Assembly (NCBI GenBank): GCA_011775625.1
Contig: JAABYT010000039.1
Location: 34,564-98,563 of the forward strand
Direction of reading: 5' to 3'
Source of the DNA: Gammaproteobacteria bacterium
GTDB lineage: Bacteria; Pseudomonadota; Gammaproteobacteria; HK1
DNA: 64,000 nt
Position 1 is the first letter of the stretch, and each line of letters opens with the position of its first letter. This document shows, piece after piece, positions 14,201-26,534 of the stretch. A program made the position numbers and the translations under genes. Below the pieces are notes generated by a model. The model saw only the letters and a program-made list of their open reading frames with translations, ran no database searches and was not told the DNA's origin.

Positions 14201-14916
14201 GGCTGCAGTCCCCCGGCGTGAAAGCGCGCGAGATAATTGACGTCGATGTCGTCGCAGAGGCGGTATCGCCGCATCAGGGGGTTGTAGGTCATGCCGCGAA
14301 GCGCCTCGAGCCGAAGCCCCGCGCTGCGGGCCCAGCCGTCGAGCTCTGAGGGCCGGATGAATTTGGCGTAGTCGTGGGTGCCGCGGGGCAGCAGACCGAG
14401 GATGTATTCGGCGCCGATGATCGCCAGCAGATAGGACTTGGGGTTGCGGTTGATGGTGGAGACGACGACCTCTGCACCGGGGCGGGCGAGACGTGCGCAG
14501 GATGCCATCACCGAGGCCGGGTCCGGCACGTGCTCGAGCATCTCCATGCAGGTGACGACATCGAAGGCCTGCGCATGCTCTTGCGCCATCCGCTCGGCGG
14601 TGGCGCACACGTAATCGACCTCGACGCCGCTCTCCTCGAGATGCGCCCGGGCAGCCGTCAGGGCCGCTTCGCTTGCGTCGATGGCGGTGACCCGGGCGCC
14701 GCGCATGGCCATCGCCTCGGCGAGGATGCCGCCGCCGCAGCCGACGTCGAGCACGCGCTTGCCCGCCAGGTCGCCACCGGACTCGACGAAGGCGAGTCGC
14801 AGCGGGTTGATGTCATGCAGCGCCTTGAACGCGCCCTGCGGCTCCCACCAGCCCGATGCGAGCGCCTCGAAGCGGGCCAGCTCCTCGACATCGGTATTAA
14901 CGTCGTCGGTTGTCAT
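14197..14916 (-). CDS. ubiG: Bifunctional 3-demethylubiquinol 3-O-methyltransferase / 2-polyprenyl-6-hydroxyphenol methylase
   Basis: Motifs FEALASGWWEPQGAFKALHDINPLRL and the SAM motif VLDVGCGGGIL. Confidence 0.93.
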   Translation of the reverse strand: MTTDDVNTDVEELARFEALASGWWEPQGAFKALHDINPLRLAFVESGGDLAGKRVLDVGCGGGILAEAMAMRGARVTAIDASEAALTAARAHLEESGVEVDYVCATAERMAQEHAQAFDVVTCMEMLEHVPDPASVMASCARLARPGAEVVVSTINRNPKSYLLAIIGAEYILGLLPRGTHDYAKFIRPSELDGWARSAGLRLEALRGMTYNPLMRRYRLCDDIDVNYLARFHAGGLQP

Positions 14917-16228
14917 CGGCGTTCATTCTTTGCCGCCACTGCTCGGCGTTGGCGACCAGTTCTTCGACGTCCAGCGTGAGCAGCCGGCGCTTTTTCAAAA
15001 CCTGACGGCCCGCAATCCAGACGTCGCTCACCTGGCTGCGCGCGCACGCGTAGACGACGTGCGATAGCGGGTCGTGAATCGGTTGGCTTTCCAGCTCGCG
15101 CAGATCGATGGCGACCACGTCGGCCGCCTTGCCGGCCTCGAGGGATCCGATCTGGTCGTCGAGACCGAGCGCGCGGGCACCGCCGAGCGTCGCCATCTCG
15201 AGCGCGCGGGCAGCCGGCATGGCCGCGGCGTCACCTGCCACGGCCTTGGCGAGCAGCGCCGCCGTGCGCATCTCGCCGTGCACGTCCAGGTCGTTGTTGC
15301 TGGCGGCGCCGTCGGTTCCGATGGCCACGTTGATGCCGGCGTCGAGCAGGCGCTGAACGGGGCAGAAACCGTTGGCGAGCTTGAGGTTGGATTCGGGACA
15401 GTGCACGACGCTTGCGGCGCACTCGGCCAACCGGGCGATTTCGGCGTCCTGCAGGTGGATCATGTGCACCGCCACCAGCCGGTGATTGAGCAGGCCGAGC
15501 CTGTCGAGGCGCGTCAGCGGCCGCTCGCCATGATCGCGCAGGCTGTCCTCGATCTCGCGGGTGGTCTCGTGGGCGTGGATGTGCACCGGAATGTCGAGCT
15601 CGTCGGCGAGCGTGCGCACGCGCGAGAAGGCGGCGTCGGAGACGCTGTACGGCGCGTGGGGCGTGAAGGCGGTTCGAATCAGAGGATCGTCGCGGAAGCG
15701 GTCGTGCACCTCCGTTCCCTTGGCCAGGTACTCGTCGGTGTCGCGCGCCCACACGGTCGGAAAGTCCACGACAATGAGCCCGATGGTGGCGCGCATGCCG
15801 CATTCGCTGGCAACGCGGCCGGCCTCGTCGGGGTAGAAATACATGTCGTTGAAGCAGGTCACGCCGCCGCGAATCATCTCGGCACAGGCGAGGCGGGTGC
15901 CGTCACGCACGAGCGCGTCATTGACCCAGCGTTGCTCGGCGGGCCAGATGTGGTCGTGCAACCACTCCATGAGCGGCAGGTCGTCGGCCATGCCTCGAAA
16001 GAGGGTCATGGCCGCGTGGGTGTGGCTGTTGATGAGCCCGGGGATCAGCACGTGCCCGTCGAGGCGGATTTCGCGCTCCGGCGCATAGCGCGCGCGAGCC
16101 TCGTGGGCCGGCAGCACCGCCAGGATGCGGCCCCGGTGCACGGCGATGCTGTGCTCGGCCAGCACCTGCCCGGAGGGTTCCACGGGTATGACCCAGGAGG
16201 CGCTCAGAAGAGTCTCGATCGGCTCCAT
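14897..16228 (-). CDS. mtaD: TRZ/ATZ-family amidohydrolase, probable 5-methylthioadenosine/S-adenosylhomocysteine deaminase
   Basis: PGLINSHTHAAM metal-binding HxH motif. 443 aa. Conserved location upstream of ubiG. Confidence 0.8.
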   Translation of the reverse strand: MEPIETLLSASWVIPVEPSGQVLAEHSIAVHRGRILAVLPAHEARARYAPEREIRLDGHVLIPGLINSHTHAAMTLFRGMADDLPLMEWLHDHIWPAEQRWVNDALVRDGTRLACAEMIRGGVTCFNDMYFYPDEAGRVASECGMRATIGLIVVDFPTVWARDTDEYLAKGTEVHDRFRDDPLIRTAFTPHAPYSVSDAAFSRVRTLADELDIPVHIHAHETTREIEDSLRDHGERPLTRLDRLGLLNHRLVAVHMIHLQDAEIARLAECAASVVHCPESNLKLANGFCPVQRLLDAGINVAIGTDGAASNNDLDVHGEMRTAALLAKAVAGDAAAMPAARALEMATLGGARALGLDDQIGSLEAGKAADVVAIDLRELESQPIHDPLSHVVYACARSQVSDVWIAGRQVLKKRRLLTLDVEELVANAEQWRQRMNADDNRRR

Positions 16229-16357
16229 GACGGTGCTGAGTATAATGCTCTAAGCGGCTGAATGTGGTATGCTTTCGCAGTTTAAGCGCGCAGGCGTAGC
16301 GACATCTCTTGAAGCGGCCAGAATTGTCATTACCGGCGACCGTCCCGGAACGACTGC

Positions 16358-18886
<2,529 letters not shown>

Positions 18887-18924
18887 TTCACGCGGGCATT
18901 CGACCGGCTGCGGTTGCTGTATTT

Positions 18925-18985
18925 CGAGGGGGTCAGATCCACTTGAGCTCGGATACGAGAGTTTCGAGTGGGTCTGACCCCCTCG
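18925..18985. repeat. Long imperfect inverted repeat (REP-like hairpin) in the gyrA-serC spacer
   Basis: CGAGGGGGTCAGATCCACT ..23 nt.. AGTGGGTCTGACCCCCTCG: 19-nt arms with one mismatch and no T-tract. Confidence 0.5.
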
Positions 18986-19016
18986 GAGTTTGAAGCCCTC
19001 GATAAGAGATGAACAA

Positions 19017-20096
19017 ATGACCAGGGTATACAACTTCGCCGCAGGCCCGGCGATGCTTCCACAGGCGGTTCTCGAGCACGCCCGCGACGAGCTGCTCGAG
19101 TACGGGTCGAGCGGCATGTCGGTGATGGAAGTCAACCACCGCGGTAAGAATTTTGCCGAGGTTGCCGAGCATTCGCGGGATCGTCTGAGGAGCCTGATGG
19201 CGATCCCCGACAACTATCGAATCCTTTTTCTACACGGTCCGGCGAGAATTCACTTCGCCGCCGTGCCGCTGAACCTCGCGGGCGATGGTCCCGCCGAATA
19301 CGTCGACACCGGCTTGTGGTCGAAGATGGCGATCGAGGAAGCCGAGCGTCTGGTCGAAGTCAACGTGGTCGCGAGCAGCCGGGAGGGCAATTACACGCAC
19401 ATACCACCTCTCGGCGAGTGGCGGCTCGCGGAGCGCTGCTCGTACCTGCACTATACGCCGAATGAAACCATCGGCGGTGTCGAGTTTCACGCTGTCCCGG
19501 AGGTAGACGATCGCGTACTGGTCGCGGACATGTCATCGAACATTCTCTCGCGGCCCATCGATGTTGGCAGGTTTGGAATTATCTACGCCGGAGCGCAGAA
19601 GAACATGGGCATCGCCGGACTCGCCGTGGTGATCGTGCGCGAGGACCTTCTCGGTCGGGCACGCCCGGACATCCCCAGCATGCTCGACTATCAGGTGCAC
19701 GCCGAAGCCGATTCTCTTGCCTGCACGGCACCCACCTTCGCATGGTATCTGGCTTCCCTGGTGCTCGATTGGATCGACGCGCAGGGCGGGCTCGAAGCCA
19801 TTGCGGTTGTCAACAAGCGCAAGGCGGAGAAGCTCTACGCGTGCATCGATAGCTCGAATTTTTATCACAATCCCGTTGCGGCGGACTGCCGCTCGTGGAT
19901 GAACGTCCCCTTCACGCTGCCGAGTGAGGGACTCGACGAGATCTTCCTGCGCGAGTCGGCCGAGCAGGGTCTGGTCGGCCTGAAGGGGCACAGATTCGTC
20001 GGCGGCATGCGGGCGAGTATCTACAACGCCATGCCCGAGGAGGGGGTGGATCGACTGATCGAGTTCATGGGCGATTTCATGCAGCGCCACGCCTAG
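19017..20096 (+). CDS. serC: 3-phosphoserine/phosphohydroxythreonine aminotransferase
   Basis: MTRVYNFAAGPAMLPQAVLE N-terminus. The internal Met is chosen over the ATG at 18990. Confidence 0.93.
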   Translation: MTRVYNFAAGPAMLPQAVLEHARDELLEYGSSGMSVMEVNHRGKNFAEVAEHSRDRLRSLMAIPDNYRILFLHGPARIHFAAVPLNLAGDGPAEYVDTGLWSKMAIEEAERLVEVNVVASSREGNYTHIPPLGEWRLAERCSYLHYTPNETIGGVEFHAVPEVDDRVLVADMSSNILSRPIDVGRFGIIYAGAQKNMGIAGLAVVIVREDLLGRARPDIPSMLDYQVHAEADSLACTAPTFAWYLASLVLDWIDAQGGLEAIAVVNKRKAEKLYACIDSSNFYHNPVAADCRSWMNVPFTLPSEGLDEIFLRESAEQGLVGLKGHRFVGGMRASIYNAMPEEGVDRLIEFMGDFMQRHA

Positions 20097-20108
20097 GACG
20101 GCGTCGAC

Positions 20109-21272
20109 ATGTTCAAGATCCTCACCCTGAACGAAATATCGCCCGCGGGGCTGCGACGCCTGCCGGCGGACAGGTACCAGGTCTCGGACAGCGTCTCCGA
20201 TCCCGACGCGATCCTGTTGCGCTCTTTCGACATGCACGGTTACCCGATACCGGCTTCCCTGAAGGCCGTCGGGCGAGCCGGAGCAGGGGTCAACAACATC
20301 CCCTACAAGGCGCTCGCAACAAAGGGCATTCCGGTATTCAATGCGCCCGGGGCCAACGCCAACGCGGTCATGGAGCTGACCATCACCGGCATGCTGATGG
20401 CGGCGCGCAATGTCGTGGCGGCGCGCGACTTTGCCCGTGGTCTCGAAGGCGACGACGAGACGCTGCGCCGGCTCATCGAGGCCGGCAAGAAAAGGTTCGT
20501 TGGATTCGAGCTTCCCGGCCGCACTCTGGGTGTCATCGGTCTCGGTGCGGTGGGCGTCAAAGTGGCCAACGCGGCGCTCGGGCTCGGCATGCATGTGCTC
20601 GGCTACGATCCGGACATCACCGTCGGCCGTGCCTGGCAGCTTTCATCAGACGTTCGCCAGGCGAGCAGCATAGACGACCTGCTCAGGGGCTCCGATGTGG
20701 TCAGCGTGCACGTGCCGCTCAACGACCGAACCCGCGACCTGATAGACTCGGGCAGATTGGGTATCATGCGCGACGATGCCACGGTGCTCAATTTCTCACG
20801 GGAGGGCATCGTGAACGACGAGGCGATTGTCGCGGCCATCGAAGCTGGAAAGCTGCACGCGTACGTCTGCGACTTCCCGAGCGCTCGGCTGGCCGGACAC
20901 GCCGGTGTCATCGCCCTGCCTCATATCGGCGCATCCACGGGTGAAGCCGAGGACAACTGCGCCGTGATGGTCGCCGAGCAGTTGCGGGACTATTTCGAGG
21001 ACGGGAACGTTCGTAACTCGGTGAACTTTCCGGAGGTCGTCATTCCCCGGAACGAGGGCAGCAGGGTCGCGCTCGTGAATGCCAACGTGCCCAACATGCT
21101 CGGACAGATCTCGACGACGCTGGCGAATGCGGGCCTCAACATCATCGACATGCTCAACAAATCGCGCGGCGAAATCGCCTACACGATCGCCGATGTGGAG
21201 GATCCGATACCGGTATCGGTGATGCGCGAGCTCGCAGACATCGAAGGCGTGATCGTGGCGCGATCGATTTAG
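20109..21272 (+). CDS. serA: D-3-phosphoglycerate dehydrogenase (2-hydroxyacid dehydrogenase with C-terminal ACT domain)
   Basis: NAD-binding motif GVIGLGAVG, catalytic-domain pattern, and an ACT-like tail (VNANVPNMLGQISTTLANAGLNIIDM). Confidence 0.8.
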   Translation: MFKILTLNEISPAGLRRLPADRYQVSDSVSDPDAILLRSFDMHGYPIPASLKAVGRAGAGVNNIPYKALATKGIPVFNAPGANANAVMELTITGMLMAARNVVAARDFARGLEGDDETLRRLIEAGKKRFVGFELPGRTLGVIGLGAVGVKVANAALGLGMHVLGYDPDITVGRAWQLSSDVRQASSIDDLLRGSDVVSVHVPLNDRTRDLIDSGRLGIMRDDATVLNFSREGIVNDEAIVAAIEAGKLHAYVCDFPSARLAGHAGVIALPHIGASTGEAEDNCAVMVAEQLRDYFEDGNVRNSVNFPEVVIPRNEGSRVALVNANVPNMLGQISTTLANAGLNIIDMLNKSRGEIAYTIADVEDPIPVSVMRELADIEGVIVARSI

Positions 21273-21298
21273 AACGCGGCAACTGAGCGAAGCAGACA

Positions 21299-22393
21299 AT
21301 GAGCGGGTCAAACAAGAAGCTCGAAGCCATTCGTCGCGAGATCGACGCCCTCGACGCCGAGCTGCTGGCGATGATGAACCGCCGCGCGCAGCTTGCGAAG
21401 AAAGTCGCAGAGGTCAAGGATGGCGAGGGCAGCAGCCATTACTACCGGCCCGAACGGGAGGCGCAGGTGCTGCGAGCTCTGGCGGCTGCGAACAACGGCC
21501 CGCTTTCGGGCGCGCATGTGGCGCGAATTTTCCAGGAGATCGTCTCTGCCTGCCGGGCACTGCAGAAGTCGCTCGCCGTCGCGTACCTCGGGCCCGAGGG
21601 CACGTTTACAGAAAGCGCCGCGTTCAAGCACTTCGGGCACGCCATCGATGCGGTTCCCGTGGAAGACATCGGCAGCGTGTTTCGACGCGTGGAGTCGGGT
21701 GGCAGCGATTACGGCGTGGTGCCCATCGAGAACTCCACCGAGGGCGTCGTCGGCCACACGCTCGACATGTTCGTCTCTTCCGGTGTCTCGATCTGCGGTG
21801 AGGTGGAGCTCGCCGTACACCACTGTCTTCTCGGCAGCGCGGGCGACCTCGAAGACATCGCCAGGATTTACTCTCACCAGCAGTCATTCGGCCAGTGCCG
21901 TCGCTGGCTCGATGCCAATCTGCCGAAAGTGCCGCGCGAGACGGTTGCCAGTAACGGCGAGGCGGCGCGCCGCGCATCCGGTGAAAAGGGCTCGGCGGCC
22001 ATTGCCGGGGAGCGCGCAGCGGCCGATCACGGCTTGCGCGTGCTCGTGCGCAACATCGAGGACGAGCCCGAGAACACTACACGGTTCGTGATCCTGGGGC
22101 GCCAGGCGGTGGGTGCGACCGGCAGCGACAAGACCTCGGTGCTGTTCTCGACAAAGGATCGGCCGGGCGCACTCTACGAGCTCCTGCGGGCGTTCAAGGA
22201 ACGTGACATCAATATGACACGCATCGAATCGCGGCCGTCCCACCGCGGCAAGTGGAGCTACGTTTTCTACGTCGATTTCGAGGGCCACGCCGATGATGCC
22301 AACGTGACCGAGGCGCTCGCGGAGCTCGAGGAGCGGGCGCCGTTCTACAAGTTCCTCGGCTCATACCCGCAATCGAGCGCATGGTCCGCGTGA
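21299..22393 (+). CDS. pheA: Bifunctional chorismate mutase / prephenate dehydratase
   Basis: N-terminal CM domain (LEAIRREIDALDAELL), PDT domain with TRFVILG, and ACT region with TRIESRPS. Confidence 0.95.
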   Translation: MSGSNKKLEAIRREIDALDAELLAMMNRRAQLAKKVAEVKDGEGSSHYYRPEREAQVLRALAAANNGPLSGAHVARIFQEIVSACRALQKSLAVAYLGPEGTFTESAAFKHFGHAIDAVPVEDIGSVFRRVESGGSDYGVVPIENSTEGVVGHTLDMFVSSGVSICGEVELAVHHCLLGSAGDLEDIARIYSHQQSFGQCRRWLDANLPKVPRETVASNGEAARRASGEKGSAAIAGERAAADHGLRVLVRNIEDEPENTTRFVILGRQAVGATGSDKTSVLFSTKDRPGALYELLRAFKERDINMTRIESRPSHRGKWSYVFYVDFEGHADDANVTEALAELEERAPFYKFLGSYPQSSAWSA

Positions 22394-23502
22394 TGAGCTG
22401 TGAGCCGCTTTCTCTTGTCAATGAGGGTATCCGCGGGCTGACCCCCTATCAGCCCGGCAAATCCACCGAGGCACTCGAGCGCGAGCTGGGCCTCACCCAC
22501 ATTATCAAGCTGGCCTCCAACGAGAGCCCCCTGGGCCCGAGCCCGATGGCGCGCGCCATGGCGCTGGTCGAGCTCGACGAGCTCTCGCGTTACCCCGACG
22601 GCGCGGGTGCCGAGCTGCGCGCGGTGCTCTCGAGCGCTCATGGCGTGCCCGAGCAGTGCTTCACCCTCGGCAACGGCTCCAACGACGTGCTCGAGCTCGT
22701 CGCCCGGGTGTTCGTGTCCGCCGAGCACGAGGTCGTCTACTCCGAGCACGCTTTTGCCGTCTACCCGCTGGTGACACGCGCCATCGGCGCGCGCGGGGTC
22801 GAGATCCCGGCGCGCGATTGGGGACACGATCTCGGCGCCATGGCCGGAGCGGTCGGCGAGCACACGCGGCTCGTGTTCATCGCCAATCCGAACAACCCGA
22901 CCGGCACCTGGAACGATGGCGCCGCGCTCGAGCGCTTTCTCGATGGGCTTCCCGAGCATGTCATCGTGGTCATCGATCAGGCCTACGCCGAGTATGTCGA
23001 CGAATCCGGGTATCCCGACTGCATCCCCTGGATATCGCGCTACCCCAATCTGGTCGTCACGCGCACGTTCTCCAAGGCCCACGGACTCGCCGGCCTGCGT
23101 GTCGGTTACGGTGTCTCGAGCGCGGAGATCGCCGAGCTTCTCAATCGCGTGCGCCAGCCTTTCAACGTCAACAGCGTGGCCCTGGCCGCCGCGGCGGCCG
23201 CGCTCGAGGACGACGAGCACCTGGCGCGCAGCGTGCAAGTCAATCGCAGCGGCCTGCGTCAGCTGCGCGCCGGATTCGATGCCATGGGCATCGAGGTCAT
23301 TCCTTCGGTTGCCAATTTCCTGTCTTTCGCAGTGCCAGGGGGTGCGGCGAGCGAGGTTTACTCGCGGCTGCTCCACGAGGGCATCATCGTGCGACCGGTG
23401 GCGAATTACGGCCTGCCGGGTCACCTGCGCGTGACCGTGGGGCTCGAGGACGAGAATGCGCGCTTTCTCGAGGCGCTCGCCAAAGTGGTGTCGCAGCCAT
23501 GA
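22381..23502 (+). CDS. hisC: Histidinol-phosphate / aromatic aminotransferase
   Basis: Class II aminotransferase with PLP-lysine motif TFSKAHGLAGLRVGY. An alternative ATG at 22393 overlaps the pheA stop by 1 nt. Confidence 0.9.
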   Translation: MVRVMSCEPLSLVNEGIRGLTPYQPGKSTEALERELGLTHIIKLASNESPLGPSPMARAMALVELDELSRYPDGAGAELRAVLSSAHGVPEQCFTLGNGSNDVLELVARVFVSAEHEVVYSEHAFAVYPLVTRAIGARGVEIPARDWGHDLGAMAGAVGEHTRLVFIANPNNPTGTWNDGAALERFLDGLPEHVIVVIDQAYAEYVDESGYPDCIPWISRYPNLVVTRTFSKAHGLAGLRVGYGVSSAEIAELLNRVRQPFNVNSVALAAAAAALEDDEHLARSVQVNRSGLRQLRAGFDAMGIEVIPSVANFLSFAVPGGAASEVYSRLLHEGIIVRPVANYGLPGHLRVTVGLEDENARFLEALAKVVSQP

Positions 23503-24371
23503 TCGAGCGTTTGTGCGTGTTCGGCGTCGGTCTCATCGGCGGCTCGCTTGCAAAGGACCTGAGAAGCAGGGGCCTTGTCACCCACATCATCGGCTGCAGC
23601 CGCCAGCGCGCGCATCTCGAGCGCGCGCGCGAGCTCGGCATCATCGACAGCTACGAGCAGGATCCGGCCAGGGCGGTGAAGGGCGCCGACATGGTGGTGC
23701 TGGCGGTGCCGCTCGGCGCCATGGCTGAAGTGATGCGCGCCATGCGCTCCGGTCTGGACGAGCACGCGGTGATGACCGATGTGGGCAGCGCCAAGCGCAG
23801 CGTGTTAGCGGCCCTCGAGAGCGTCTTCGGCGAGGTGCCCGGCAGCTTCGTGCCGGCGCATCCCATCGCCGGCACCGAGCACAGCGGCGTCGAGGCGGCC
23901 GTCGACGGGCTTTTCCAGGGCAAGCGCGTGATTCTCACGCCGGTTGCGCGGACACGGACCGAGGCCACGGGCCGCGTACGCGCCATGTGGCAGGCCGTCG
24001 GCGCCGAGGTTCTGGAGATGGACCCCAGCCATCACGACGAGGTGCTGGCCGCCACCAGTCACCTGCCGCACATGCTCGCGTACACCCTGGTCGATATGCT
24101 GGGGACCATGGAGGAGCGGGTCGAGATGTTCCGCTATGCGGCCGGCGGATTTCGCGATTTCACCCGCATCGCCTCGAGCGATCCGCAGATGTGGCACGAC
24201 ATCTGCGTCGCCAATCGCGATGCTCTGGTCAACGCGCTGGATCACTTCCAGGCGGATCTGGGCGCCGCCGTCGAGGCCATACGCGCGGGTGACGGCAAGA
24301 CCATCAAGGAGCTGTTCACGCGCGCCAAGCGGCTGCGCGATCGCTACGCCCGCGAGTCCGACGTCGGCTGA
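23499..24371 (+). CDS. tyrA: Prephenate dehydrogenase
   Basis: MIERLCVFGVGLIGGSLA Rossmann motif. ATGA overlap with the hisC stop. The longer track ORF 22656..24371 is the same frame running through hisC. Confidence 0.9.
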   Translation: MIERLCVFGVGLIGGSLAKDLRSRGLVTHIIGCSRQRAHLERARELGIIDSYEQDPARAVKGADMVVLAVPLGAMAEVMRAMRSGLDEHAVMTDVGSAKRSVLAALESVFGEVPGSFVPAHPIAGTEHSGVEAAVDGLFQGKRVILTPVARTRTEATGRVRAMWQAVGAEVLEMDPSHHDEVLAATSHLPHMLAYTLVDMLGTMEERVEMFRYAAGGFRDFTRIASSDPQMWHDICVANRDALVNALDHFQADLGAAVEAIRAGDGKTIKELFTRAKRLRDRYARESDVG

Positions 24372-24383
24372 CGGTGTCACGCC

Positions 24384-25706
24384 ATGCCGGCTCCCGTGAC
24401 ATTCACCATTGAACCCGGGGGGTGCCTGCGCGGCGCCATCGGCGTGCCCGGAGACAAGTCCATCTCGCATCGCGCGGTCATCTTCGGCGCCATCGCCGAG
24501 GGCGATACCGAGGTCCACGGCTTCCTGGAAGCGGCCGACACGCTGGCCACGGCAGCGGCCTTCCGCGCCATGGGCGTCGACATCGACGGTCCCCGCGACG
24601 GCAGCCTGCGGGTGCGCGGCGTCGGCCTGCGCGGCCTGCGGGCGCCCGATGCGGATCTCGATCTGGGCAACTCGGGCACCGCCATGCGTCTGCTGCCCGG
24701 GGTTCTCGCCGCTCAAGCCTTCGACGCGCGTCTGCGCGGCGACGCATCGCTCAACGCGAGGCCCATGGGTCGCATCATCACGCCGCTCACGTCCATGGGC
24801 GCTCGTATCGAGGCGAGCGCCGGGATGACGCCGCCGCTCGCGATCCGCGGCCGCGGCGCGCCGCTCACCGCCATCGAGTACCGCATGCCGGTGGCGAGCG
24901 CCCAGGTCAAATCCTGCCTGCTGCTCGCCGGCCTGTACGCCGATGGCGTCACCCGTATCCACGAGCCGGCGCCGAGCCGCGATCACACCGAGCGCATGCT
25001 GAGCGCGTTCGGCCATGGGGTGCAACGCGCCGACGACGCGATCGGCATCGAGGGCGGCACCGAGCTGCGCGCTACGAAGGTGGAGGTGCCCGGCGATATC
25101 TCGTCGGCGGCCTTCTTCCTGGTGGGAGCAAGCATCGCACCGGGATCGGACCTGCGCATCGAGGCGGTGGGCATGAATCCGACGCGCGTCGGCGTCATCG
25201 AGGTGTTGCGCGCCATGGGTGCGCGCATCGATGTCCTCGACGAGCGCAGCGTCGGTGGGGAGCCGATCGCGGATGTGCGCGTGCGCGCCGCCGATCTGCA
25301 CGGCGTGACCATCCCGCGCGCGCTGGTGCCGCTCGCCATCGACGAGTTTCCGGCGCTGTTCGTCGCCGCCGCCTGCGCCGAGGGCGAGACGATCCTCGAG
25401 GGCGCCGGGGAGCTGCGCGTGAAGGAGAGCGACCGCATCGCCGCCATGGCGGCAGGGCTCGCCGCGCTCGGCGTCGACGCCGAGCCCCGCGAGGACGGCA
25501 TGCGCATCCGCGGCGGTGCGCTCGGCGGCGGACGCGTGGCGAGCCACGGCGACCACCGCATCGCCATGTCGCTGGCAATGGCCGGGCTGCGCGCCAGCGC
25601 CCCGGTGATCGTCGACGACTGCGCCAACGTCGCCACTTCTTTCCCCGGATTCGCCGCGCTGGCACGCAGCGCCGGGCTCGCCATCGACGTCGGTGTGGGT
25701 CGGTGA
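24384..25706 (+). CDS. aroA: 3-phosphoshikimate 1-carboxyvinyltransferase (EPSP synthase)
   Basis: Motifs GDKSISHRA, LGNSGTAMRLL and DHRIAMS. Confidence 0.95.
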   Translation: MPAPVTFTIEPGGCLRGAIGVPGDKSISHRAVIFGAIAEGDTEVHGFLEAADTLATAAAFRAMGVDIDGPRDGSLRVRGVGLRGLRAPDADLDLGNSGTAMRLLPGVLAAQAFDARLRGDASLNARPMGRIITPLTSMGARIEASAGMTPPLAIRGRGAPLTAIEYRMPVASAQVKSCLLLAGLYADGVTRIHEPAPSRDHTERMLSAFGHGVQRADDAIGIEGGTELRATKVEVPGDISSAAFFLVGASIAPGSDLRIEAVGMNPTRVGVIEVLRAMGARIDVLDERSVGGEPIADVRVRAADLHGVTIPRALVPLAIDEFPALFVAAACAEGETILEGAGELRVKESDRIAAMAAGLAALGVDAEPREDGMRIRGGALGGGRVASHGDHRIAMSLAMAGLRASAPVIVDDCANVATSFPGFAALARSAGLAIDVGVGR

Positions 25707-26416
25707 GCGGCGCGCGGGGCAGCGCCGCGGCGCGGGTGCCGGTCATCGCCATCGACGGTCCGAGCGGGGTCGGCAAGGGCACGCTCGGGCGCAGGGTCGC
25801 CGCGCACCTGGGCTTTCATTTACTCGACAGCGGCGCCCTGTATCGGCTGGTCGCCCTCGGCGCCGAGGCGCGCTCGGTGCCTCTCGATGACGCCGAGGCC
25901 CTCGCCCGGGTGGCCGCCGAGCTCGACGTGGAATTCCGACTCGACGCCGGCGAGGAGCTGGCCGAGCCGTTGCTCGGCGGCCAGCCGGTCGGCGAGGCGC
26001 TGCGCAGCGAGCGCTGCGGTGAAATCGCCTCGCGCATCGCCGGTTATGCACAGGTGCGCACGGCGCTGCTCGCCCGCCAGCGGGCCTTCCGCCGGCCTCC
26101 CGGGCTGGTGGCGGACGGCCGCGATATGGGCAGCGTGGTTTTTCCCGACGCCGAGCTCAAGATTTTCCTCACCGCGAGCGTTGAGGAGCGCGCACAGAGA
26201 CGCTATAAACAGTTGATAGCTAAAGGAATTGGTGCTAGTCTCGCGCCCCTTCTTGGGGAGATCGCCGCGCGTGACAAACGCGATCGAGAGCGCAGCGTCG
26301 CTCCCATGAAGCCGGCATCGGACGCCGTGGTCATCGATACGACAGCGATCGATATCGATGAGGTGTTCGAGCAGGTGATGAAAATCGTGAGCACGCGCGG
26401 TATTTCAGGGTCCTGA
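25703..26416 (+). CDS. cmk: Cytidylate kinase
   Basis: [14 protein letters not shown]-loop. GTGA overlap with the aroA stop. In-frame part of track ORF 24422..26416. Confidence 0.9.
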   Translation: MSGARGSAAARVPVIAIDGPSGVGKGTLGRRVAAHLGFHLLDSGALYRLVALGAEARSVPLDDAEALARVAAELDVEFRLDAGEELAEPLLGGQPVGEALRSERCGEIASRIAGYAQVRTALLARQRAFRRPPGLVADGRDMGSVVFPDAELKIFLTASVEERAQRRYKQLIAKGIGASLAPLLGEIAARDKRDRERSVAPMKPASDAVVIDTTAIDIDEVFEQVMKIVSTRGISGS

Positions 26417-26534
26417 GCGGGCCCCACACACGAGTCCGGATTTCGGCGCAGGCCCGTGGAGCCGAGGATTCCGGTTGGTACACCATTGGGGGACAGGCGG
26501 GCAGTCCCAGCAGGGCCCCAGGGGCCCGGAAGGT

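Noticed and set aside
23805-25556. 583-aa ORF antisense to tyrA/aroA, and the 664-aa plus-strand ORF 24422..26416
   Set aside because: Both run across two or three well-supported genes. Only the last 237 codons of 24422..26416 (cmk) show real motifs.
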